From NCBI GenBank assembly GCA_963846585.1, contig CAWJWO010000018.1:427759-491758 (forward strand): a stretch of DNA of 64,000 bases, in the 5' to 3' direction. Each line of letters opens with the position of its first letter. The first letter of the stretch is position 1. Positions 16,955 through 27,229 of the stretch are shown piece by piece. This DNA comes from an uncultured Bacteroidota bacterium. Lineage in GTDB: Bacteria; Bacteroidota; Bacteroidia; Bacteroidales; JAAUTT01. Both the position numbers and the translations under genes were made by a program. Below the pieces are notes generated by a model. The model did not search any database. It had not been told where the DNA came from and saw nothing but the letters and a program-made list of their open reading frames with translations.

Positions 16955-17926
16955 CTATTTAGAAAGAAGCCACACCTCTTCCATCCCCTTCATTGCCCTT
17001 ATTTTTTCACATTCACTTAAAGCTTTTTCTTTATCTCCGAATTCCCCTAACGAAACCCTGTATAAATCTTCTCCGAATTGTAAAACTTCTGTTTTAAATC
17101 CATCCTTTTGATAAATATTAGCAAGAATAGTTGCACGTTTAAATGTATTAAAACTGCCGCCAATAATAAAATAGCTTTTGCCTTCAGAGGGTTTTGCCAC
17201 CTTTACAGAATCAATAGCAAGTGCATTCTTTTTATCGGTTTTATTATTGAAAAATTTTTCCAAATCACTTACTTTGGTAGTATCCGGGATTAATTTAACA
17301 GCAGATGGTACCTTCACATTTTTGTCAGTTACAGTAATTTTACTTACAGTTTTTGTAATAATATATCTTGATTTTATTTTACTAAAATTTATATACACGA
17401 AAATTGCTCCACCTGCAAAAATTAATATGCCTAAAGCATACAGAATTTTGAAAATGGTTTTTTTAAAATTTTTGAGGGATTTTTCATCATTTTGATTAGG
17501 GCCTGATAAAAAATCCAAAGATCTATAATCAATTTTAGATAACCCAAAGGAATCAGTTAAAAAATTAGAACCATATTCACGATCAAACCGGATAATATCG
17601 TGATCTTTTGAAAAATACCCAATCCCTTCCAAAAGAATTGTTTCTCCTTTGTTCAATTTCTTATTAAAAGCGTCAACCTGATGTTTTACAAATTTTTCTG
17701 CATTTTTTTTTGTTATCTTCTTCTGCTGAGCTATTTGTTGGACAAAAAAATCATCAGGACTATCAAGTTGCTTATTAAAAATTAAGAACTTAGTAGGAGG
17801 TGTAATAGTATGTTCTTCACTATTAATCTCTGCAGCCCTGTATATTGTCTTAAATCCTCCAATTCCCGGAATTATTAAAATATCATTGCTATATAATAAT
17901 TCCTTAATGTAAATTGATAATTCCAC
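16955..17926 (-). CDS. HU-CCDC81-like N-terminal domains + TM + C-terminal SPOR domain protein
   Basis: 323 aa. The N-terminus LIIPGIGGFKTIYRAAEI is typical of the bacterial HU-CCDC81 domain. One TM helix follows, then a C-terminal SPOR-like segment YFIIGGSFNTFKRATILANIYQKDGF...YRVSLGEF. Confidence 0.7.
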   Translation of the reverse strand: MELSIYIKELLYSNDILIIPGIGGFKTIYRAAEINSEEHTITPPTKFLIFNKQLDSPDDFFVQQIAQQKKITKKNAEKFVKHQVDAFNKKLNKGETILLEGIGYFSKDHDIIRFDREYGSNFLTDSFGLSKIDYRSLDFLSGPNQNDEKSLKNFKKTIFKILYALGILIFAGGAIFVYINFSKIKSRYIITKTVSKITVTDKNVKVPSAVKLIPDTTKVSDLEKFFNNKTDKKNALAIDSVKVAKPSEGKSYFIIGGSFNTFKRATILANIYQKDGFKTEVLQFGEDLYRVSLGEFGDKEKALSECEKIRAMKGMEEVWLLSK

Positions 17927-18084
17927 TTATTTAGATTTTAACGCAAATGTATAAAAAATTAATTTTCAACGGTGATCTTTCTGTTCATCATAGGATAATT
18001 AGTGCAAGGTGTAAAAACATTTTTATTATCTTCGCAATTTTAGATTCGGAAAAACTAGTTTTGGTAAATATAATTTAACAAAAA

Positions 18085-19047
18085 GTGGAACAAAAAGTAA
18101 CCTCAAAAAATTTCGCGTTAATTGGTGCTGCAGGCTTTGTTGCACCTCGCCACCTTAAAGCCATCAAAGAAACTAAGAACAATTTAGTAGCAGCACTTGA
18201 TAAATTCGACTGCGTTGGAATAATGGACAGCTATTTCCCCAATGCTGATTTTTTTGTTGAATTTGAACGATTCGACCGTCATATTGATAAAATTCAAAGG
18301 TTGGGTACCAAAGTTGATTACGTAAGTATTTGTTCACCAAATTATTTACATGATTCTCATATACGTTTTGCCCTTCGAAACCAGGCAGATGCAATTTGCG
18401 AAAAACCTCTTGTCCTTAATCCATGGAATATTGACGGACTTATTGAAATTGAAAAGGAAACAGGCAAAAAAGTTTATAATATACTGCAACTTAGGCTTCA
18501 TCAATCCATTATAGAATTAAAGGAACGGATTAAAAAAGGCCCTGCAGATAAAATCTACGATATTGATTTAACTTATATCACCAGCCGTGGAAATTGGTAT
18601 CATACTTCCTGGAAAGGCGAACTTTCCAAATCTGGTGGAGTTGCCACAAATATCGGAGTTCATTTTTTCGATATGCTATCCTGGATATTTGGGGATTTAA
18701 AACAAAATATTGTTCATATTATGAATCCTGATAAAGCATCTGGTTTTCTAATGCTTAAAAATGCCAGGGTAAGATGGTTCCTTAGCATTGATTTTAATGA
18801 CCTTCCTGCCACAATTCAGGCAAAAGGCCAAAGAACCTTTCGGTCAATTAAGGTTGACGGGAATGAATTTGAATTCAGCGAAGGCTTTACTGATCTTCAT
18901 ACCAAGACATATGAAGAAATCCTTGCAGGAAATGGCTTTGGATTAACTGAAGCAAAACCATCGATTGAAACTGTATTTGCTATACGTAAATCTGAACCGG
19001 TTGGGAAAATTGGCGATTATCATCCATTCTGCCAAAATATAATTTAG
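18085..19047 (+). CDS. Gfo/Idh/MocA-family oxidoreductase (WbpB-like UDP-sugar 3-dehydrogenase candidate)
   Basis: 320 aa with a GTG start. Rossmann N-terminus FALIGAAGFVAPRHLKAI and an EKP motif (CEKPLVLN). It sits in a nucleotide-sugar gene neighbourhood. Confidence 0.75.
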   Translation: MEQKVTSKNFALIGAAGFVAPRHLKAIKETKNNLVAALDKFDCVGIMDSYFPNADFFVEFERFDRHIDKIQRLGTKVDYVSICSPNYLHDSHIRFALRNQADAICEKPLVLNPWNIDGLIEIEKETGKKVYNILQLRLHQSIIELKERIKKGPADKIYDIDLTYITSRGNWYHTSWKGELSKSGGVATNIGVHFFDMLSWIFGDLKQNIVHIMNPDKASGFLMLKNARVRWFLSIDFNDLPATIQAKGQRTFRSIKVDGNEFEFSEGFTDLHTKTYEEILAGNGFGLTEAKPSIETVFAIRKSEPVGKIGDYHPFCQNII

Positions 19048-19175
19048 ATTTGAGGATTAAAGGATTTAGGCGTTTAGACTTTTAGGCTCTTAGGCTTTAG
19101 CTAATTAAAATATAATGAAACAAATAATTTATATTTCAACCTATTTCTCTGTGTCTCAGTATCTCAGTGTTTAAG
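19045..19175. repeat. Word array R10
   Basis: TTTAGGC/TTAGGCT units directly after the stop codon, then ATATTTCAACCTATTTCTCTGTGTCTCAGTATCTCAGTGTTTAAG. That second module is shared with 54965-54998, and in reverse complement with 50814-50860. Confidence 0.85.
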
Positions 19176-19225
19176 TTTTTATTGGGTTTCCTGAGAGGGA
19201 AACAGTTCGACTAAATTAAGATATT

Positions 19226-20512
19226 ATGTACAATGATCTTGTTGCAAAAAAAGAAAAATTGGGCGTCATCGGCCTTGGTTATGTAGGTTTACCTATAGCG
19301 TTGGAGTTTGCAAGGAAATTGTCTGTGGTAGGATTTGATATACGTCCTGACCGGGTTGAAAAGATGAAAAATAAAATCGACCCAAGTAATGAATTGGATT
19401 CAAATGCATTCAATGGTTGCGATATTCAATTCACGGCAAATATTGAAGATTTAAGAAGTGTTAAGTTCTTTATTGTTGCTGTCCCTACTCCAATTGATAA
19501 ACGTAATTTACCTGATCTTACTCCATTGCTTGGCGCAACAAATACAGTTGCTAAAGTCCTTAAAAAAGATGATTATGTAGTTTATGAATCTACCGTTTAT
19601 CCTTCCTGTACAGAGGAAGATTGTATTCCAATCCTTGAAAAACTTTCAGGCTTAAAATTCAAACAGGATTTTAAAGTTGGATTTTCTCCCGAAAGAATTA
19701 ATCCGGGTGATAAGGAACATACCTTAAAATCAATAGTTAAGGTTGTATCTGGTTGTGATGAGGAATCACTTGAAGAAATTGCAAAAATATATGAATTAGT
19801 TGTATCTGCCGGAGTTCATAGGGCAAGCTCAATAAAGGTTGCTGAGGCTGCCAAAATTATCGAAAATACCCAGCGTGATATAAACATAGCTTTTATGAAT
19901 GAGCTTTCTATTATATTTAACAAATTAAATATTAATACATACGAAGTTCTTGAAGCAGCAGGAACAAAATGGAATTTTCTTAGATTCTTCCCGGGATTAG
20001 TTGGAGGCCATTGTATTGGAGTCGATCCCTATTACCTTTCCTATAAAGCCAAAGAATTAGGCATACATGCCCAGATAATCAATTCGGGCCGTTCTATAAA
20101 CGATTCAATGGCCGAATATATTGCCGTTCAGTGCGTTAAAAAAATGATTTCTGCAGGGAAAACAATTAATCAATCCAGAGTCATAGTAATGGGAGCTACT
20201 TTTAAAGAGAATGTAAGCGATATCAGGAATTCTAAAGTTGCCGATATTGTTTATGAATTAAATTCTTTTGGAGTATCTGTTGATGTAATTGATCCATACG
20301 CAGACTCAGGTGACCTGAAACACGAATACGGATTCGGCTTAAACAAAATTTCCGGAAAATATGATGCAATTATTTTAGCTGTAAACCATCATCAATATAT
20401 CAACTTTGAGGAACAATATTTCATTAATCTTTGCAATGAAAAAGGAATATTCTTTGATGTAAAAGGTGTATACAGAAATAAAATACATAAATTAACATAC
20501 TTAAGCTTATAA
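19226..20512 (+). CDS. Nucleotide-sugar dehydrogenase (TviB/WbpO/CapL-like UDP-N-acetylhexosamine 6-dehydrogenase)
   Basis: 428 aa. Contains VIGLGYVGLP (NAD binding), the catalytic-Cys region GGHCIGVDPYY, and the C-terminal UDP-binding domain. Confidence 0.85.
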   Translation: MYNDLVAKKEKLGVIGLGYVGLPIALEFARKLSVVGFDIRPDRVEKMKNKIDPSNELDSNAFNGCDIQFTANIEDLRSVKFFIVAVPTPIDKRNLPDLTPLLGATNTVAKVLKKDDYVVYESTVYPSCTEEDCIPILEKLSGLKFKQDFKVGFSPERINPGDKEHTLKSIVKVVSGCDEESLEEIAKIYELVVSAGVHRASSIKVAEAAKIIENTQRDINIAFMNELSIIFNKLNINTYEVLEAAGTKWNFLRFFPGLVGGHCIGVDPYYLSYKAKELGIHAQIINSGRSINDSMAEYIAVQCVKKMISAGKTINQSRVIVMGATFKENVSDIRNSKVADIVYELNSFGVSVDVIDPYADSGDLKHEYGFGLNKISGKYDAIILAVNHHQYINFEEQYFINLCNEKGIFFDVKGVYRNKIHKLTYLSL

Positions 20513-21559
20513 ATGGGTAAGAAAAAAATATTAGTTACCGGTGGAACAGGATATATCGGATCACACACTGCAGTAGAACTTATAAATGAAGGCTTTGATG
20601 TTATAATTGCAGATAACCTTTCCAATTCATCCACTTACTCACTTGATGGAGTGGAAAAAATAACAGGGATTCGTCCTGTATTTGAACAATTCGACCTGTG
20701 TGATAAAAAAAAGGCAAAGGATCTGTTTGTAAAATATCCTGAAATTGAGGCTATTATTCATTTTGCTGCTTCAAAAGCCGTAAATGAATCAGTTGAAAAA
20801 CCTTTATTATATTACCGCAATAATTTTGTTACGCTTATTAATTTACTTGAAATTGTTAACGAAAATCCTGAAATTAAATTTGTATTTTCTTCATCTTGTA
20901 CAGTTTATGGACAACCTGATTATTTACCAGTCACAGAAAATTCTCCTGTTAAAAAAGCAACCTCTCCATATGGCAATACAAAACAGGTTTCAGAAGAAAT
21001 AATTCAGGATATATGCGCTGCCAATCCTCAGGTTATGGCCATATCACTTAGGTATTTTAATCCTATAGGTGCACACAACTCTGCAATTATTGGTGAACTT
21101 CCTCTTGGTGTTCCGCAAAACCTGGTTCCATTTATTACTCAAACTGCCATTGGCCTTCGCGAACAGCTTAAAGTATTTGGCGACGATTATAATACTCCGG
21201 ATGGTTCATGTATCAGAGATTATATTCATGTGGTAGATCTTGCGAAAGCCCATGTAATTGCAATTAAACGACTTATAAATAAAAAAAACAAGGCTTGTTA
21301 TGAGGTTTTTAACCTTGGCACAGGACGCGGGGTTTCGGTACTTGAACTCATAGATGTTTTTCAAAAAACTACCGGGGTTAACCTTAATTATAAAATAGTG
21401 GGCCGACGAATGGGCGATATAGAAAAAGTTTGGGCCGATACCAAATCAGCCAATGAAGAACTAGGCTGGAAAGCTGAAAGCACACTCGAAGAAACCATTC
21501 TTTCGGCATGGAACTGGGAAAAGTACTACCGCAATATAGTAGTAAGTCGAAATCAGTAA
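20513..21559 (+). CDS. galE: UDP-glucose 4-epimerase
   Basis: 348 aa. Contains GGTGYIGSH, SSSCTVYG, and the catalytic YGNTK (YxxxK). The start codon abuts the previous stop. Confidence 0.9.
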   Translation: MGKKKILVTGGTGYIGSHTAVELINEGFDVIIADNLSNSSTYSLDGVEKITGIRPVFEQFDLCDKKKAKDLFVKYPEIEAIIHFAASKAVNESVEKPLLYYRNNFVTLINLLEIVNENPEIKFVFSSSCTVYGQPDYLPVTENSPVKKATSPYGNTKQVSEEIIQDICAANPQVMAISLRYFNPIGAHNSAIIGELPLGVPQNLVPFITQTAIGLREQLKVFGDDYNTPDGSCIRDYIHVVDLAKAHVIAIKRLINKKNKACYEVFNLGTGRGVSVLELIDVFQKTTGVNLNYKIVGRRMGDIEKVWADTKSANEELGWKAESTLEETILSAWNWEKYYRNIVVSRNQ

Positions 21560-21773
21560 AACGAATTTTAGAACCAGAAACCAAGAGCCAGGAACCAAGA
21601 CAAAATACAGAAGACAGAAAACAAAAGAAAAATGATTTAATAATTAAGCATCGAGTTTTATAACTTGTATTTACGTAATACTTAAATCTCAACTCTAGAA
21701 TCTTAAATCACTAGCCACTAGTACCTGAACCTGTGTCCCTTATCTTGGTTCCTGGTTCTTGGTTCCTGGCTCC
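21560..21773. repeat. Composite palindromic word-array element R11 (homologous to R16)
   Basis: Outer arms AGAACCAGAAACCAAGAGCCAGGAACCAAGA (left) and CTTGGTTCCTGGTTCTTGGTTCCTGGCTCC (right) are complementary. The interior order CAGAAGACAG / TTAAGCATCGAGTTTTA / CTTAAATC / CACTAGCCACTAG parallels 29269-29457. Confidence 0.9.
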
Positions 21774-21797
21774 ATTTTAAAGATCAATTTAGTTCAT

Positions 21798-22853
21798 ATG
21801 AAAAAGACAATTATTATTACCGGTGGTGCCGGATTTATTGGTTCACATATTGTACGGCTTTTTGTAACAAAATACCCGCATTATAATGTCATTAACCTGG
21901 ATAAGCTTACTTATGCAGGAAACCTTGAAAATCTGAAGGATGTTGATAAATTGCCTAATTATAAATTTGTAAAGGCTGATATTACTGATATTGAAGAAAT
22001 AAACCGCGTATTTGTGAAATTTAAACCTGACGGGATTATTCATCTTGCTGCTGAATCACATGTTGACAGATCAATTGCCAATCCGATGGAATTTATCCAT
22101 ACAAATGTAATTGGCACTGTTGTACTATTAAATGCAGCACGGGAAACCTGGAAAGATAATTTTGACAATAAACGCTTTTATCATATTTCTACCGACGAAG
22201 TTTATGGATCGCTTGGCAATAAAGGTCTGTTTACCGAACAAACACCTTATGGCCCACGTAGCCCTTATTCATCTTCCAAAGCCAGTTCCGACCATTTGGC
22301 CAGGGCATATTTCCATACTTATAATTTACCCGTGGTTGTATCAAATTGTTCAAATAATTATGGCCCCAATCAGTTCCCTGAAAAGTTAATTCCACTGTCA
22401 ATCAACAATATAAAAATTAATAAAACTATACCAATATATGGGAAAGGAGAAAATATCCGCGACTGGCTTTTTGTTATTGATCATGCACGGGCAATTGATT
22501 TGATTTATCATAAAGGGAAAACCGGAGAAACATATAATATTGGTGGCAACAATGAGTGGACAAACATCGATCTTATAAAACTTCTTTGTAAGATCATGGA
22601 CAGTAAATTAAAGCGTTACCCCGGCACATCCGCGAAGCTGATTACATTTGTCAAAGACCGTGCCGGGCACGATTTACGGTACGCTATCGACTCCTCAAAA
22701 CTTCAGAATGAACTAGGTTGGGCTCCTTATTTACAATTTGAAGAAGGACTCGGAAAAACGGTCGACTGGTACCTCGAAAATGAAGTGTGGCTCGGAAATG
22801 TTCTATCAGGAGAATATGAAAAATATTACCGGCAGCAGTATGTAAAAAGATAA
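21798..22853 (+). CDS. rfbB: dTDP-glucose 4,6-dehydratase
   Basis: Start moved to the ATG at 21798 (MKKTIIITGGAGFIGSH). Contains STDEVYG and YSSSKASSD (YxxxK). The upstream 13 codons of the ORF track are repeat-encoded. Confidence 0.9.
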   Translation: MKKTIIITGGAGFIGSHIVRLFVTKYPHYNVINLDKLTYAGNLENLKDVDKLPNYKFVKADITDIEEINRVFVKFKPDGIIHLAAESHVDRSIANPMEFIHTNVIGTVVLLNAARETWKDNFDNKRFYHISTDEVYGSLGNKGLFTEQTPYGPRSPYSSSKASSDHLARAYFHTYNLPVVVSNCSNNYGPNQFPEKLIPLSINNIKINKTIPIYGKGENIRDWLFVIDHARAIDLIYHKGKTGETYNIGGNNEWTNIDLIKLLCKIMDSKLKRYPGTSAKLITFVKDRAGHDLRYAIDSSKLQNELGWAPYLQFEEGLGKTVDWYLENEVWLGNVLSGEYEKYYRQQYVKR

Positions 22854-22862
22854 TTTGTAAAA

Positions 22863-22942
22863 AGAGCCAGGAACCAAAACTTATTAAAAACCGGGATTCT
22901 TGTTATGGCACCTAAGCACTATGCACTAAATACTAAGCACTA
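22863..22942. repeat. Word array R12
   Basis: AGAGCCAGGAACCAAAAC after the rfbB stop. CACCTAAGCACTATGCACTAAATACTAAGCACTA abuts glmS, and the glmS stop codon (TAG on the minus strand, 22940-22942) is the first TAG of the AGTGCTT array read on the minus strand. Confidence 0.85.
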
Positions 22943-24775
22943 TTCTACCGTTACCGACTTGGCAAGATTCCGGGGCTGATCAACATTACAACCACGCATT
23001 ACGGCAATATGATAAGACAAAAGCTGTAAGGGAACAACTGTTATTAATGGCGAAACAGAGAAATCCGTCACCGGCACTTCCAATACATAATCAGCCATTT
23101 TGCTGATCACCTTATCGCCTTCATGTACAACGGCAATTACAGTCCCGCTTCTTGCTTTTACTTCCTGGATATTACTTAATATCTTTTCGTAGGTCTGATC
23201 ATTTGTTGCAAGCACAACTACAGGCATTTTATTATCAATCAGAGCAATCGGGCCATGTTTCATTTCTGCGGCAGGATATCCTTCCGCATGGATATATGAT
23301 ATTTCCTTAAGCTTAAGAGCTCCTTCAAGGGCAACCGGAAATAAATAACCCCTTCCGAGGTAAAGGAAGTTGGTTGCATATTTAAATAAAGTAGCTATAA
23401 ACTTATACTTTTCATTATTAGCCAGCGTTTTCTCAATTTTATCAGGAACAGACATTAGTTCTGTAATTAAATGCTTACCCTGCTGCGGGGTTAAATTTCC
23501 TCTTTCCATACCCAGGGAAATTGCCATCATCATCAGAACAGTAACTTGTGCGGTAAAAGCTTTTGTAGATGCAACCCCAATTTCAGTACCGGCATGGGTA
23601 TATACACCTGCATGGGTTTCACGGGGAATGCTTGATCCCACTACATTACAAATACCCAATACCAATGCTCCTGAATCTTTAGCCTGTTTAATTGCAGCAA
23701 GGGTATCGGCTGTTTCGCCACTCTGGCTTATTGCAATTACCACATCATCCTTATAAATAATTGGATTACGGTAACGGAATTCCGAGGCATATTCAACTTC
23801 TACAGGTATACGGGCATATTCTTCCAGTAAGTATTCACCAACTAATCCGGCATGCCAGGAAGTACCGCAACCTATTATAATTATTCTCTTTGCCTCTAAA
23901 AGCCGGGGCATTACGTCGTATAGCCCGCCTAAATGTATTTCCGAATTGTCATTTTTAATCCTTCCTCTGAATGTATCTAATATTGACCTGGGTTGCTCAA
24001 ATATTTCCTTTAACATAAAATGGTCAAATCCATTTTTTTCAATTTCGGAAGTTTCCAGGCTCAACTTATGAATTATAGGTACTTGTTTAATATTCCGGAT
24101 AGTTTTGAGAATCAATTCATCCCTTTGAATAATTGCAACATCATCGTCGTTCAGATAAATAACATTGTTTGTATGTTCTACTATCGGAGTTGCATCTGAA
24201 GCAATAAAATATTCATCATTGCCGACACCAATCACAAGAGGGCTCCCTTTTCTTGCTGCAATGAGCTTATCCTTTTCTTCCCTGCATATAATTACAAGGC
24301 CATATGCCCCTACTACTTTATTTAATGCTAACCTGACTGCCATCTCTGCATTTACCTGGCCTTTCAAATAAATGTATTCTATCAGGTTAACAAGAATTTC
24401 AGTATCTGTTTCACTTTTAAATTTATATCCCCGTAATTCGAGTTTTTTCTTTAAAGTCGAATAGTTTTCTATAATCCCATTATGTATAAGTGTAAAATGC
24501 CCGTTCATTGAAGTATGAGGATGAGCATTTACATCATTTGGTTCACCATGAGTAGCCCATCGTGTATGTCCAATGCCAATGCACCCTGTTATATCCTTGC
24601 TTTTTATAAACTCTTCAAGATCACTAACTTTACCCTTTCTTTTATATGTTTTTACATCACCGTCAATAAGTGATATGCCGGCCGAATCGTACCCCCTGTA
24701 TTCAAGCCTTTTTAATCCATTGATTAAAATAGGGTAAGCTTGTTTTTGTCCAATATAACCCACTATTCCACACAT
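22940..24775 (-). CDS. glmS: Glutamine--fructose-6-phosphate aminotransferase
   Basis: 611 aa. N-terminal MCGIVGY (catalytic Cys2), two SIS domains, and the canonical C-terminus ...KSVTVE. Confidence 0.95.
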   Translation of the reverse strand: MCGIVGYIGQKQAYPILINGLKRLEYRGYDSAGISLIDGDVKTYKRKGKVSDLEEFIKSKDITGCIGIGHTRWATHGEPNDVNAHPHTSMNGHFTLIHNGIIENYSTLKKKLELRGYKFKSETDTEILVNLIEYIYLKGQVNAEMAVRLALNKVVGAYGLVIICREEKDKLIAARKGSPLVIGVGNDEYFIASDATPIVEHTNNVIYLNDDDVAIIQRDELILKTIRNIKQVPIIHKLSLETSEIEKNGFDHFMLKEIFEQPRSILDTFRGRIKNDNSEIHLGGLYDVMPRLLEAKRIIIIGCGTSWHAGLVGEYLLEEYARIPVEVEYASEFRYRNPIIYKDDVVIAISQSGETADTLAAIKQAKDSGALVLGICNVVGSSIPRETHAGVYTHAGTEIGVASTKAFTAQVTVLMMMAISLGMERGNLTPQQGKHLITELMSVPDKIEKTLANNEKYKFIATLFKYATNFLYLGRGYLFPVALEGALKLKEISYIHAEGYPAAEMKHGPIALIDNKMPVVVLATNDQTYEKILSNIQEVKARSGTVIAVVHEGDKVISKMADYVLEVPVTDFSVSPLITVVPLQLLSYHIAVMRGCNVDQPRNLAKSVTVE

Positions 24776-24813
24776 ACAATTAATATTTTTACAAATAACC
24801 TTCGAATTTAAAA

Positions 24814-25632
24814 CTAATTATTGCTTTCTGATAATATTTTCTCATAGAAAACAGCATATTCGTCAATAATATTATCAGGATCATTAAACGGTAAATAAGT
24901 TTTACCTGATGATTTAACATATTCTTCCACAGTTGCATTAACGTTTTTATTAGCTATAATTATTCCATCAGAGAATTGAACGGCAAGTTTGGTTAGATTT
25001 AAAAAATCCGGGTTTTCAATTATTTGCAAATCCTTTTTAGTAATACCATCCATTATAATCTTATTCCTGAATGTTTTATTCAAGGCAGGGTCAAAATTAT
25101 CATTGTAGACAGAGTATACAACTTTGGAATTAGCAAACATGGGATCGTCCCTGTAAGCTTTTTTAATGAACAAGGGAATTAATGCTGTGAACCAACCGTG
25201 ACAATGAATGATATCAGGTGACCAGCGCAACTTTTTTACTGTTTCAAGAACACCCCTGTTAAAAAAAATGGCACGTTCGTCGTTATCCTGGAATGGTTGC
25301 GCATTACTATCATTTAAGGTATATTTACGTCCAAAATAATCATCATTATCAATAAAATAAACCTGCATCCTCGCTGATTGAATAGATGCAACCTTAATAA
25401 TCAATGGATGATCCGTATCATTAATAATCAGGTTCATCCCTGATAATCTTATAACTTCATGCAACTGATTTCTCCGCTCATTAATACAGCCAAATTTTGG
25501 CATGAATGTCCTGATTTCTTTACCCTTTTCCTGAATGCCTTGTGGGAGATTCCTACAAATTATCGACATTTCTGATTCGGGAAGATAAGGTGTAATTTCC
25601 TGAGAAATAAACAAAACCTTGGTACTTACCAT
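24814..25632 (-). CDS. Short glycogen/starch-synthase-family protein (Bacteroidota ~270-aa form)
   Basis: Start placed at the ATG at 25632 (MVSTKVLFISQEITPY...). This is an N-terminal GT5-like glycogen synthase domain, divergent from panC as is commonly seen in Bacteroidota. The upstream TTG in the ORF track is less likely. Confidence 0.65.
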   Translation of the reverse strand: MVSTKVLFISQEITPYLPESEMSIICRNLPQGIQEKGKEIRTFMPKFGCINERRNQLHEVIRLSGMNLIINDTDHPLIIKVASIQSARMQVYFIDNDDYFGRKYTLNDSNAQPFQDNDERAIFFNRGVLETVKKLRWSPDIIHCHGWFTALIPLFIKKAYRDDPMFANSKVVYSVYNDNFDPALNKTFRNKIIMDGITKKDLQIIENPDFLNLTKLAVQFSDGIIIANKNVNATVEEYVKSSGKTYLPFNDPDNIIDEYAVFYEKILSESNN

Positions 25633-25710
25633 GCAACAAACCAATTTGCGAATTAATGTGCAAAGTTAGTAAAATTTAATAATTATATTTGAAACTTCAA
25701 TAATATAAGT

Positions 25711-26556
25711 ATGAGTATTATTTATTCCCAGGATGAAATAAGCACAATAATAAAAGAAATCAAGAGAAAAGGCCATACAATTGGTTTTGTGCCAACTATG
25801 GGAGCCTTGCATGAAGGGCACCTTTCACTTGTAAAACAAGCCACACCTGAAAACGATAATATCATAGTCAGTATATTTGTTAATCCTACCCAGTTTAATG
25901 ATAAAAATGATTTAGCCAATTATCCCAGGATGATTGAAAAGGATATTGCTTTACTTGAATCCTGCAAGGTTGATTTTATTTTTGCCCCATCTGATAATGA
26001 AATGTATCCTGAACCTGACAAAAAAGTATTCGAATTCGGGGGACTTGACAAGGCACTGGAAGGTAAACACAGGCCCGGACATTTTAATGGCGTTGCCCAG
26101 ATAGTTTATAAATTTTTTAAAGTTTTACAACCTGACAGAGCATATTTTGGTGAAAAGGATTTTCAACAAATAATTATCATAAAACATCTCATTAAAACTT
26201 TCGGACTTAAGGTTGAAATAGTTCCCTGCCCCATTATCAGAGAGTCAGATGGCCTGGCAATGAGTTCACGCAATTTGCTGCTTACACCTGTCCAGAGAAA
26301 AAGTGCTGCTCTTATTTCCAGGTTTCTTTTTGAAAGCCTTAGTAAAATAAATAAACTAAGTATTACTGATTTAATTTCAATGGTGGTTAATAATATTAAT
26401 AATGACCCTCAGCTTGAAGTTGAATATTTTGAAATTGTCAATGATAATACTCTTAAGCCCATTTCATCATGGGATGATCCGGCAGGGAAGGTTGGACTTA
26501 TTGCAGTAAGGGTTGGTAAAATAAGACTTATCGATAATATTAGATATAATTCTTAA
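25711..26556 (+). CDS. panC: Pantoate--beta-alanine ligase
   Basis: 281 aa. Contains PTMGALHEGHLSL (HxGH), FGEKDFQQ, and SSRN. Confidence 0.95.
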   Translation: MSIIYSQDEISTIIKEIKRKGHTIGFVPTMGALHEGHLSLVKQATPENDNIIVSIFVNPTQFNDKNDLANYPRMIEKDIALLESCKVDFIFAPSDNEMYPEPDKKVFEFGGLDKALEGKHRPGHFNGVAQIVYKFFKVLQPDRAYFGEKDFQQIIIIKHLIKTFGLKVEIVPCPIIRESDGLAMSSRNLLLTPVQRKSAALISRFLFESLSKINKLSITDLISMVVNNINNDPQLEVEYFEIVNDNTLKPISSWDDPAGKVGLIAVRVGKIRLIDNIRYNS

Positions 26557-26571
26557 ATTTGTAATATTATT

Positions 26572-26646
26572 AAAGTAGGAAAGTAGAAAAGTAGAAGAGT
26601 AGGAAAGCGATCCTAACCTATTTGCCTACTTTTCTACTTAACTACT
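26572..26646. repeat. Word-array hairpin R13 between panC and panD
   Basis: AGTAGGAA/AGTAGAAA 8-mers x4 (26572-26607) face the complementary CCTACTTTTCTACTTAACTAC (26624-26646). Predicted long imperfect hairpin. Confidence 0.85.
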
Positions 26647-26680
26647 GATTAAAGTTATAAAAATATATTGCACAATATTT

Positions 26681-27043
26681 ATGACAATTGAAGTTTTAAA
26701 ATCAAAAATACACAGGGTAACCGTAACTGATGCAAACCTTAATTACATAGGCAGCGTTACCATAGATGAGGATCTGTTGGTTGCAGCCAATCTTATTGAA
26801 TTTGAAAAAGTTCAGGTAGTAAATATTAATAATGGCAAACGTTTGGAAACATACATAATAAAAGGCGAAAGAGGTTCAGGCGTGATTTGCCTTAACGGGC
26901 CTGCAGCAAGACAAGTTGCAGTAGGTGATATAGTCATAATTATGTCTTTTGCCAGCATGGATTTTGAAGAAGCTAAAAAGTTTAAACCTGTAATTGTGTA
27001 TCCGGATACTGCCACTAACTCGTTAATAGTGCATAGTGTTTAG
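26681..27043 (+). CDS. panD: Aspartate 1-decarboxylase
   Basis: 120 aa. Contains KIHRVTVT and the self-processing site YIGSVTID. The last ~6 codons (LIVHSV*) are encoded by ATAGTGCATAGTG-type repeat words. Confidence 0.9.
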   Translation: MTIEVLKSKIHRVTVTDANLNYIGSVTIDEDLLVAANLIEFEKVQVVNINNGKRLETYIIKGERGSGVICLNGPAARQVAVGDIVIIMSFASMDFEEAKKFKPVIVYPDTATNSLIVHSV

Positions 27044-27160
27044 TGCTTAGTGCTTAGTTGCTGGTTGCCAGTAAAAAGTGATGAGGTGATGAAGTAATGA
27101 AGTGATTATGTGATTAGGTTTATAAGATTTTCTATAAACCTTATAAACCTTATAAACTCA
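27027..27160. repeat. Composite word-array element R14
   Basis: AGTGCAT/AGTGCTT 7-mers (spanning the panD stop), GCTGGTTGC, GTGATGAR 8-mers, and TTATAAACC 9-mers. Followed immediately by 58-nt element copy 2. Confidence 0.9.
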
Positions 27161-27218
27161 TTTTCAAATTTGCACATTTCTTGCCCTGAGCGTAGTCGAA
27201 GGGTCAAATTTTCAAATT
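27161..27218 (+). repeat. 58-nt element, copy 2
   Basis: Identical over 58 nt to 3233-3290. It ends 11 nt before the ATG at 27230. Confidence 0.9.
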
Positions 27219-27229
27219 TTAATTAACTT

